From NCBI RefSeq assembly GCF_902652985.1, contig NC_047015.1, positions 50,654,001 through 50,718,000 on the forward strand: 64,000 nucleotides of DNA, written 5' to 3'. A program made the position numbers and the translations under genes. The notes beneath the pieces are model-generated. The model did not search any database, was not told the origin of the DNA, and saw only the letters and a list, made by a program, of their open reading frames with translations. Positions 51,489 to 64,000 of the stretch are shown in pieces (positions within the stretch are counted from its first letter, which is position 1; every line of letters starts with the position of its first letter). Source of the DNA: Pecten maximus. Lineage: Eukaryota.

Positions 51489-54400
51489 TCAGCATGGCAA
51501 CGGTCGTATATCTGGTGAAACAAATCTGAAATGGAACAAAATCATTATTAGATAAAAATGTATATCCACTTTGGTACAACTGAATTTGTAAAAAAAAGAA
51601 AAGAAAAGTAAGTTGTACACTAGAACTGAATTATTTCTTGAGAAAGGAACTACATATACTTGAGACAACTTGGATGGAGTATACAGTATCTGTACAATGG
51701 ATAATGAAAATTAAACTTCAATTGTTGAGCACTTCAGGCTCCAGTTTCAATAACTTATGATTAGGTCAAATCCATCCTTTACAACTTTGTTTACCATTAG
51801 GTAATTTAGAAATATTATTTATGGAACAAAATTATTTCAATTTCTCCCAACCTTGTTGTAGACCAAAACAAAATCAAGGTCTAAGGGGAGATAATTTGAT
51901 GACCTCTTTGCAGAAATGAGTTAAGGGCTACATCATACACCTTTTATGATGAAGTATGAAAGAAAATCCATACACTGTGTATGAAAATTAAACCGATACA
52001 TAGCCTGGGTCTGATGGACACTTACTTTTTACGTGCTTCTGGACAAAACAGTCTGTCTTTTGAGTAGTATTGCGAGGGGAGGTTCCTGTCGAGGAGGTAG
52101 GTATGTGAGGAGATGAAGTTTTCAAATTGAAGGTCTTCATCACTCCTTAGAATGGCGTCTGTTACCACAGATATGTAAAACCTAGTGATGGTTTCATGGT
52201 AACCAAACTTCACCTGTAACACATTAGAAATTATGTTTATAATTATAATTCATTAAATAAACATGACACTGGTATATATGAACAGCACTTAATTATAGAG
52301 GCAAAAAAATGGAATTTAATTAATCCCAGGGCATTCATTCTTATTTATATTTACACCAGTATACTTTTATTTGAAATGAAACCAATGTTCAAAATCTTTT
52401 TCATATTAAAATATCTTAAGTTTAAAAAAACTGTTTATATATTTGTAATGCAATGAAGCATATAACTTTGTAAAAATTATGAGAAATTAAGAAAAGAAAA
52501 TATGTGAAACTTACCTTATCTATGTTTTGTTCATTAAAATGCTTAATTCCTTCTCTGAAACAAAAGAATTAGTGTCTTTATTTCATGAAAAGTGCACAAA
52601 ATATAAAATATACTGTACTGCTCTGTGGTCTAAGGGGAGATAATTTGGTGAGCCCTGTTGCAAAAATGTTTTAAGAGCTAGGTTATACACCTTGTAATGT
52701 AGTATAAAAGAAAACCCATACACTGTGTATGAAAATTAAACCGATACATAGCCTACATCATTTGAGTCTGAAGACCCCACATTCCCTCTTAAATAGAAGC
52801 AAAACCCATTCAAATTAATTCTGATTTGTAACAAAATAGTATAAAGTCTATCTGTCAAATAGAAAAAAATTGCAAGGTTAAATGTATGTAATATTTCATT
52901 TTTCATACTCATAGACTGAAATTTCAATTCCTTTCAATATAAACAAACTCCATTTACAATAGTCGTTTATCCCTGTACTAACATTATATGGGGTGTGGCT
53001 CCATCTTTGCCAAGCTCCATGATGTAATTCCAAGCCATTCTAAGATGTGCCTCATGAGTCCAGTCCTCAAAGGGCAATGTAGCATCCTCAAATGCCTTCA
53101 AAAATATCTCGTCTCCAACAGACCTAAATGACCTTTAAAAAACGATAAATAAAACTTCAAAATGCTACCGAGTATACATTTGTGATAAAATATGCACATA
53201 TCAATCTTGTTCAACTCAACTCTACGGAAACACTAGATTTCAGGGAAAATTGTCCCTCAAAGCACGGACTTGGTAATAAATTTACATTGTTGTTTACCAG
53301 AATAAATTATTTATAAATTTACAGTGTTGTTTACCCGAGTTAAATATTCAAAAATTTACATTGTTGTTTACCGGTGTATAATATCTATAATTTACATTGT
53401 TTACCTGATTAACTTATTTATAATTTACATTGGTGTTTACCCAAGTAAAATACCTAGAATTTACATTGTTTACCCGAGTAAAATAGTTATCATTTATACT
53501 GTTGTTTACCTGAGTGAAATATTAAACAATTAACATTGTTGTTTACCTGTGTAAAATATTTATACTTTACATTGTTTACCCAAGTAAAATATTTAAAATT
53601 TACACTGCTGTAAAATTTTTAATGCTGTTTACCCAAATGAATTATTTTAAAATTTACACTGTTGCTTACCTGAGTAAAATATTGATAAATTTACACTGAT
53701 GTTTACTCGAGTAAAATATTTATAAATTTTCATTGTTGTTTACCTGATAAAGTACAGCAGAGGATCAGGCGTGCTATGATTCAATACAGCATTACACACA
53801 TCTCCGTACCATACATGATGGTCGCCGACGGTGTGGACAGACTTAGCTGTACATTCTAAAACCGCTGAACATCCAGATATTAGAGGCAGACCCTGTAACA
53901 TGGTAAGCCATTTTATACCAAACAAAAGTAGAAAATTCTGTCATACCAGATTTCCGTCATCTGATAACAAATAAAAGATTAGATTATACTGGCTGTAAGC
54001 CCACTATCTTAAGCTCTATTAACTGTATTATGAATAGACAAGTTCTTTGTATTATATCAGGTATTAGCTAAGAAAATGGAAAGACGATAGATTTTCATCT
54101 TCTGGCATATCTAATTTCATTTTATCGCAATACATTTCTCTAAAATGATCATATAAAGTATATTTATAGAAATAGTGGATTTTATTTTCAATAACAATAC
54201 AAATTTAACAGACTCTTACACACAATGTAAGTGTTTTGGGATATCAAACTATCATAATTTTATAAATCTAATTGATACAAGGCGTTGTACCTTGGCATTA
54301 AATATTTCATTCTGGGTCATAGGAACCTGTCAAGCCCCTGTGGTTTAAATGTGACCTACCTCTTCGCCTATCTGGTGAGGTACACTGGTGAACTGGCAAA

Positions 54401-56456
54401 CATCCTCTTTGACTGGTTGAGAAAAATGTACACCATACTTTACCTAAACAGAAAAGTCATATTCAATTAAGTGGACATTCACGTGATTTTAGCATTCTTT
54501 AAATAGTTTTAAATGCATACAATAACTGCTGACTTTTGTACATTGAGTTTGAATTTTTTTTTTTCCAACAATGCTTAAGTGCATATCAAACTTTGACCCT
54601 AAGATCAAGATTTCTTGATAAAGAAAGGATTTTCCTATAATATGAAAATAACAGCATTAATGAAAAACAGCTACATAGCTGGACTTAAAAAATATAATCC
54701 CGATTTCCCAGGGCCCTGCTGGACCCAGAACTACTTCTGAAAGAAAAATACTGAAGATAACATTTGTCTCAAAAATAAGAAAGCCACCCTCCATTTACAG
54801 TATGTACATTACCTGATATAAAATGTTTTCAAATGTAAACAGGTAATTTTTTTTTTTTTTTTTTAAATTTAAATTTGAAAAAGAAAAGTATTGATATTAC
54901 CTGGTCCCTGGCAAGAACATGGACAGCAAAATGTTGAGTCCTCAATAAAAGATCCTGCATTCGACTGAAATCGATAAAAATGACATATAGTGTAATGTCT
55001 TGTTTACAATCAAGACAACACAATGTTATAATTGTCAAATAATATCCAACCAGTAAATTTAGAGGGTTGATTGGACATTTCTTTATAGAATTACCTTTTA
55101 ATCTATCTGCATCATATTCCAACAACTTTTCCGGTGGAGAAAATATCATTAGGTCTGCAGCTCTGCAGAAACACAGAAATGGCCCACACAGAGAGTAAAA
55201 TGACTTGTGTGACTAAATTATGTTACTGTGAAATTACCTTGGATGTTTTAAACATATGGACACCACCGCTGGTTCAAAGGAAACACTGTTGAAGGAGGTA
55301 CATGTTATTCCTCTCTTCAGCCATCTGTTGTTCAGGATATCATACTCGGATGTTGTTACAACCACCACTGGAGACAGAGATTTCTTGTTGTTATACACTG
55401 TATCTGGATCACTATACAAACCTCTGAGGATGTAATATATACTTGTGTGGACATCACAGACATTATGACTACACGTCCAACTTCCATTTCATGAATGTCC
55501 ATCATAGGAGAACTTATTATTAGGTAACTTTTGAATTTAATATCAATTTGTTAACAAGCAATGACAGGATTGAAGTGTATAAATTTCTCAGGATAAAATC
55601 TCTAAAAAAAAAAAGAAAAAAAAAGAAAAAGAGAAAAGTTAGGTTTACTACCTCATAATTTCTTACTAAAAGTAAGATACATTTGCTCACCTGGTTGTGG
55701 CACCTTCCTCATAACACTCTTGTAAACATCTTGTGACTCTCCTGATGAGGACATAACCTCATTGACTTCTGAAGAAGTAGAGAAAAATTATCTGTAGATA
55801 TCAATATCAATATATATGTACTCACTGATTTCACTTACTGAGTCCCAAAAGAAAAACACGTACATTTTTGCATGTTAATACAATATTTCTTTGCATTTAA
55901 CTTAATATAATATTTTATGCATATATTCAAATGTGTTTACAAAATTGTAGAATACCCAGTAATGGGTATTCTACAATTTTGTAAACACATTTGAATACTA
56001 ATTATTAGTATTAAACTGTGAGCTTTGTTTTTCTTCCTTCACATATTCCATAACAAAGATTTCCAATTATAGATTTAGAGTATTCTGATCTTGCATTTGT
56101 AATATTTTTGGCAATAGATTTTACACAGACAAAGAATATATTGCTGGTATACCTGATTACCTTACAAGTACCATCAGCATCTTGCAACATGCACAATTTT
56201 GAAGAAATCTTTTTGAACAAATTATATTTCACAGTACACCAAATGTATTCTGGAAAAAAAAATCGGTAAAAAAGGTACGAAAAAAATATTGTCTATAGGG
56301 ATTTCAAGTATTCATAATTTTGAAAATTTCAAAGTCATTGTTGCAGTACTTGTATCTCTTACGTGTTGAGAATAATTTGCGAACACATTGTACCGTACGT
56401 ATACAGTAGAAATGTGGCAATTTGCCTGGTATCCTAAGAATATGCCAGGAGTTCAT
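51489..56456 (-). CDS. Flavin reductase-like (HpaC/RutF family) protein fused to an uncharacterised C-terminal domain; exons 56456-56363, 55768-55691, 55367-55238, 54964-54901, 54443-54360, 53892-53744, 53132-52983, 52554-52515, 52213-52026, 51525-51489 (337 aa)
   Basis: All nine introns are GT-AG and phase-consistent (1014 nt, ending TGA). Motifs MRKVPQPVVVVTT, RGITCTSFNSVSFEP, FAVHVL, GLPLISGCSAVLEC, VGDHHVWYG, PLLY; then WTHEAHLRMAW and GYHETITRFY. Confidence 0.9.
53275..53745. repeat. Degenerate ~35-39-bp intronic tandem repeat (AATTTACATTGTTGTTTACCCGAGTAAAATATTT), ~12 copies
   Basis: Directly visible. Abuts the donor site of exon 53892-53744. Confidence 0.85.
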
Positions 56457-57199
56457 CTTCTCAAGCAATCAGCACACATCTGAATACAAACAGTCTCTCT
56501 GAAAGGAAAGAAAAAACAAACTTATAGTAAAGACAATTTGAAATAGTTATGGGCCAGGTCATTAATTAGTAAATATACACATAATAAAATATCCCTATTG
56601 AAATAAATACAAGCATCACTTACCGTAATAAGTTTTTTTCTGTATGTTTGTTTGTTCAATATAGAAATTCAACTGCAGAGATTGTGATGGGCTTGTTTAC
56701 CTGAGGCACAGGGGCATGTCTCGTGCTTTATTTTAAAAAGACAGTCAGAAATACCTATATATAGAGAGACTGTCATAACGTCCAGTGGTCTTTGCCCACA
56801 GGGGCATGTCTAGTCTTATATTTAAAAATAGTCAGAAATACCTATATATTAAGACCAGTAGATATTCCTTGCATTTTTTAAATATAAGACTAACGATAAC
56901 CTCTAGCCCGATGGTGGCAGGGCCAGAGGAAACTCGGGCTAGGTGTAACCTCTATCCTGATCTTGACATGGTGCACAATCGAGGAATCCTCACACGAGTT
57001 GTAATATTCCTGATCTTATTTTAGAATCACAACTGTAAATATGAAAAAAAAGATCAAACTTACATTTCTATGTTTGGTGTTCCAAATGCGTGTAAATGAC
57101 CTTAGTAGCTGCAGATAAACATACTGGTAAGTAGGTACTCATGCTAGGCTAATGCAATATATGTAGGGATTTCCTCATTAATAGAAGTGACATTAATTT

Positions 57200-58753
<1,554 letters not shown>

Positions 58754-59835
58754 GGTCATGATTGATTTTTTATTTATTTAATGTTAATAAATTATTCAAA
58801 TGTTCACAGAATGTTGAAGTTGCCTTTTAATTGTTATACAACAAATAAACTTTATAGTTTTGAAATGGGTTACACCACAGCGGCGCGACATACAGAATCC
58901 TAATCAAGCCATCAAACTTAGTATGGGTTTCCCCTGCCTTAAGACATGACGCCTGTCATACTGCGCAGGTATATCATTTGTGTAAGCAGTGCTTGTGGTA
59001 CGCAAACTTTTGTTGAAATGAGATAGTTCGTGAATAATTCGGTTTGAATGAAACCATTCAAGTTCTTTTCAAAACACTGCCGTTTAAATATCCAAACTTT
59101 AAACATGTACATATATTATGCATTGCCTAAACTGCGATATCTCAAATCACAAACAAGCAAACACCAACATACTTACATATGACATAATCAATATCACAGA
59201 AAAAGCAAACACATTCAGATATCACAACACTGCAGTATGGTTAGCACGCTTTTCGGTCAGAAGCACCTAAAATCTTGAATGCCCTACCAGACCACAACAA
59301 CTTAACTCACACAATTCAAATAACTGACAAACAGCTAATATGGGTCACAATGCAAATACAGCACATGCAGACAAAACATATTATAGATATACACACAACA
59401 TTGTTTTAAGTTCCATTTTTTTTTCTAATAGTCTAAATAAACTTAATAATTACCAATATTGTAAAGTGCTACTGCTATATCTCAAGAGATAACTCCAAGA
59501 ATATATTTCTTTTTAATGGGCTTGATTTAAATCCGAAGAATTTAAATACATAATATATACTCTAGCCCTTCCAAAGCCCGATCACAAAATGTGTAAACAA
59601 ATAGACTATCACAAATCATCATGTCCCTGTGAATACAATATGTCCAGACATAGGTATTAGCCTCGTTTGTCAATAAACTCAATATAAATAGTTATATATT
59701 GAGGGTATTGACAGACGAGGCTAAGTACCTAATGTCCAAATATACCTTATTCTCAGGTCCCTGTGACACCGACGTGATCTGATCTCTATGCACAATTCCG
59801 CTCCTTATTCCATTACAAACTAATTCCAAGCTTAA

Positions 59836-60140
59836 TGGGGCACTAGTTCGTTTGAATAATGTTAATTTAGGTCGTCAAAATTAAACTTACTGATTTTTTT
59901 CAAGTAGTAAATGTTATAATCTTTACATTAATACGACAGTTTGCTCTCAAGATAAAACAAAGTTCTTCGAGTATTAAGTCCTGAAAATGCTTAATTCGAC
60001 CCGAAGTATCACTAATTACCTCAAAGACATGCAGCATTTGTCTACAACACGCCTTTTTCCTGTACATTTTGGCGTTAATTTCATTACTTGTAGGCACAAA
60101 CACCCATATCATCATCGTTCGGACATAGATTTCATAGCAT
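59836..60140 (+). mobile_element. Deleted second copy of the TTAA-flanked DNA element at 34090
   Basis: Shares TTTAGGTCGTCAAA.TTAAACTTACTG and GTTCTTCGAGTATTAAGTCCTGAAAA..CTTAATTCGACCCGAAGTATC with 34117-34660. Confidence 0.8.
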
Positions 60141-60444
60141 GTTATGTGGACTTCTAGAAGATACACAGATACAATTAAATCTTACTAGATCCAAAATGAT
60201 AACAAATAGTTAAAATGATTTCATCAAAAATATATATTTATTAAGTATATAATCTGTTAACTGATATTGAACAAATTCGTCTATATAAAGAAAATACACA
60301 AATGAATTCACTATGACCTACGTATTTTAGATAATAATGTTTCCTAAGGGTTGCACTATATATATACCAAACTCTTTAGCATAGACCACAGGGACCAGGG
60401 AATGGGGTTACCAAAACGGCTGAAAAAGTGTGATATGCACACTA

Positions 60445-61115
60445 AGGTAGGTCCAAATACACCAAGACTGTAACGAATTCCCAGGTCCATGTGGCAGGAA
60501 AGGTTCAAATACACCTATACTAAGAAATTCTCAAGTCCCTGTACCTTGGATAGGTTTAAATATATGCACTTATAATGTAACGAATTCTCAGGTCCCTGTG
60601 ACCAGGATTCGTTTAAATACACATAGACTGTCAGAAATTAGCATGTCCCTGTGGCTACGATTAGTCCAAATATCCTAGTCCGTAACAAATTTTCATGTCG
60701 CTGTGACTATGATTGTTCCAAATACACCTAGTCTGTAGCGAATTCTCAGGTCCCTGTGCCAAGGTTAGTTCTAAATACAGAATTCTCAGGTCCCTGTGCC
60801 AAGGTTAGTTACAAATATACCTGGTCTGTAACGAATGGTCAGGTCCCTGTGACCTCGATATGTACAAATACACCTAGTCTGTAACGAATTATCATGTCCC
60901 TGTGACCTTGACATGTACAAATACACCTAGTCTGTAACGAATTATCATGTCCCTGTGACCTTGATATGTACAAATACACCTAGTCTGTAACGAATTCTCA
61001 GGTCCCTGTGCCCAGGATAGGTCCAAATACACCTAGTCTGTAACAATTCTCAGGTCCCTGTGCCAAGGATAGGTCCAAATACACATAGTCTGTAACGAAT
61101 TCATAGGCCCCTGTA
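60445..61115. repeat. 53-bp minisatellite, ~12-13 copies (CAAATACACCTAGTCTGTAACGAATTCTCAGGTCCCTGTG...)
   Basis: Directly visible; period 53 between 60863 and 60916. Confidence 0.9.
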
Positions 61116-61852
61116 GCATAGGCCTGTGTTGTTCATGCACCTACATAGGCGGATTGCACATAGGGATCGTATGTTAGGAGTATTTATGTTTTATTGTCAA
61201 TATATAAATATGGTATTACAATACAAAAGAACATATTGATACAATATAGTTAATAGCATATACCAATCTAACATAGCTTTACAACCAGTCTAACATAGCT
61301 TTTCAAGAATGATATATAAAAAGATTTTTTGGGATGCAAGTTTGGAAGGGAAGTAACTCGAACCCGCCTACATGTATATATACTAATTTTATAAGTGATG
61401 TTCGGTGTTGTGATCCCGACACTCCTATGTTGAACATGACACGTTTTTTTAGCTGTACATCTATTATTTTCCCGCCAACAGAGACATATACACCTGATGG
61501 CGGCGCCATTTTGCAGACCGTAGTGAGATGGAATTTAATCCATTAGCTGTCTTTCCCGACCGTAGAAACATGTTAGAAAGCATATATTTTTCTTACTCGT
61601 TCACAATATACCTGAAGCATATTTAATTGTCTCCCAATAAATGCTTAATATCTGCCGAACCTCCTCTTCAGTCCGATTTTTTGGAGTTATTCAAACTGAA
61701 AAAATATTCTCTTTTTATGATTATTCACGTTTTCTTTAATTAATTATATGCAGTTATTGTTGTGCATAATCATTTAGAAGATGAGGAGGAGGAAAATCAT
61801 ATTGATGACAACTGAAAATAAGTCATAAATATAGCTTTGATGCAAAAGCAAA

Positions 61853-62060
61853 GGCGTCGGGTGGCGTAGTGGTTAGTGCAGTCGAATTTCATATAGACAG
61901 CCGGGGCTTGAATCCCCGGTCGAAGAAAAAATGTAATGCGGGTACTTAACCAAACACTTGAGTTTTCTCCAGGTACTCCGCCAGTTTCCTTTCAATGGCG
62001 ATTCCTTGCGGGAAATGCAAGGATATAGTCCGCGCTAAACGAATACGCCGCTAAGGTCGA
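61853..62060 (+). mobile_element. Diverged tRNA-derived V-type SINE (different family)
   Basis: GGTGGCGTAGTGGTTAG A box, GGCTTGAATCCCC B box, GAGTTTTCTCCAGGTACTCCG V-like core. Confidence 0.6.
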
Positions 62061-63501
62061 TCAAGTTTGCTTGTTTATTAACAGGTAAAAGAATTCATGT
62101 TCAGTTTTTAAATAACGGATTATAGCTATGTGTATTGAACACAGTTATAAATGCTTCATAATTGTTGTAAAATAACTTTTACATGTTTGAAAATATTTTA
62201 AAGGTTTGCGTTATTTACACTTTTTTTTAAATAACGAAACCGGCGCAGTGTATATTTAGCCTCTATGTGTATACAAAACTGTACATACTCTCGATGGTAT
62301 TGTTCGATCAAAACACACTTACTGATATTGTTTATCAATTATCTTTACCGGTACCATTCATGTATGTAAAGGTTTATGAACCCCTACACGTGTGCCATAC
62401 ACAGTTAATAACTCGATCGTAATTACCTCGACGAGACCTCGCTGAGTCTTGGAGACGAACAATATAGACTCGTCTGTATAAATAGAAACACGCCTAGCTG
62501 TACATATGTATACTCTAACTTCGCCGTAAGCACTGTTATTACTGGGGGTATATATCTGTGTGTATATACATACTGATTTACCTACAGACTCGGGAGGGAC
62601 ACCCACACCCACACATTCTCATACATATACACCGTGCTGTTGTTTACATGTACGTGTGTACATTTCCGGATGGTGAGAAATAGATTGCATTATTTTGATG
62701 TGATGCATACCATTAACGCTGGTACCTGGGAACACTCGGATTTATTCCAACAGTTGTGTTATGTTTGAAACGCTTTGGATTCTACGTCTTTTCAAGTAGT
62801 ATTACACCACGTAGAGGGTGGTGATCGTCTGATGGTGGAGCTATAAGTGACTGGTATCGGGCAGGTCTCACGTGCGCACGCGGATCGAAGCCTTGTATCG
62901 ATCTTTGGCCTCCCCTGTGTCACACTATACCCCGGCGCACGCTGTTGTCAGCACTCGACATCAATATTCATGAAAATCGCTTTTCAGTTACGGAAAAGGG
63001 TGATTGGAGAAGAACTGAACAATACGCGTGTAACCTCAGCCACTGAAGCCGTTTCAGAAGGTGTACAGTAATGATGTGTTCCGTTGTCAATGGATCGGTG
63101 TTGCTTGCCACGCCGGTGCTTGTTCAGGAAAGCTTGAAAACCAAGTAATATTACTATAACAAACCCTGTTCAACCAACCAAGGGCACATTCGCTATTTGC
63201 ATGCAAATAGGCTTTCCATCAGATGACACAGGTATATATCGTGTATGTTGCTTTAAGCTATAGCAACGACATTCGGAACTCGGCGGTTCTATCGCCAAGA
63301 TGCTTGTAAAATGTACATGAAGCGCCCATCGGCACCTCCAGATTAACCATGGTGACAGTCTTCTAAGCTACTTGGAGGAATTTATTTGTGTACTTTCTCG
63401 GAATATTGTGTTTGAGATATAAATATTTATTTTGTGTTCATTTATATATGATATTTCTGTATGTGTCGCAGTGTTATTTGGATTAAAACTTGACCACTAC
63501 T

Positions 63502-63828
63502 ATGTCGGGGAATAATACCACTTTGTCCATTGTCCAGTGCTCGGACGAAAGGCGCTGGTATACTTTCTTAGCATCCAGCCTCATCACTTTTGGATTTGGG
63601 TTATACATAATTCTCTGTTACAGAGTCTTATTAATCTTTTTCTGTCGAAGACGGAAAAATGGCGGTGTGGCCAAAGTTTCTCATCAAACTGGGCCCGTCC
63701 CCATCCCCGGGGGAAAAAACGTGCCGGGTTTTATGAAAACCCCAGACCCAGAAATTGGATGGATGACAGAAGCGAAAGATTGGGCAGGAGAGCTGATCTC
63801 AGGACAAACGACGACAGGCAGAATACTG
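63502..63828 (+). CDS. slo: Calcium-activated BK potassium channel slowpoke (KCNMA1 orthologue), first coding exon (S0 helix and S0-S1 loop); the gene continues beyond the window
   Basis: RRWYTFLASSLITFGFGLYIIL (S0) and the highly conserved WMTEAKDWAGELISGQTTTGRIL followed by donor GTAAGA (phase 0). Upstream acceptor at 63471. Confidence 0.95.
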
Positions 63829-64000
63829 GTAAGAGTATTTCTAACGAAAATATTGACATTTCTGATGACCCGACGGACACATATAATAGATCTAACGATT
63901 GGCCGAAGTATTTCTGTACCAGTTAGCAAATAATATCACTTCGTTACGACTTTACTTGGTATAAGACATGATCAGCTTGGCTTATACGAATGTAAAATTA

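Overview
AT-rich animal nuclear DNA with GT-AG spliceosomal introns. A bivalve mollusc is likely, inferred from the V-, Meta- and CORE-domain tRNA SINEs, a Helentron-type satellite element and the laccase type. Left to right: a ~5.9 kb 27-bp minisatellite with a ~1.6 kb higher-order duplication; an apparently intact full-length CR1/L2-group LINE (- strand) whose ORF1 and ORF2 are in the same frame, separated by a single TAG, with no ATG before the endonuclease motifs; a decayed Gypsy element with a SINE inserted in its gag zinc knuckle; a 5'-truncated L1/Tx1 LINE with a 15-bp TSD, followed by a ~480-bp duplication flanking a second poly(A) insert; a membrane-anchored multicopper oxidase (laccase) gene broken by one frameshift; MITEs and a mariner relic containing TTAGGG repeats; RPS9; a ~6.9 kb Helentron-like element carrying ~42 copies of a 155-bp satellite; a 10-coding-exon flavin-reductase fusion gene head-to-head with MRM2; and the first coding exon of slo/KCNMA1 (BK channel). 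All calls come from reading the sequence by eye. No database search was run.
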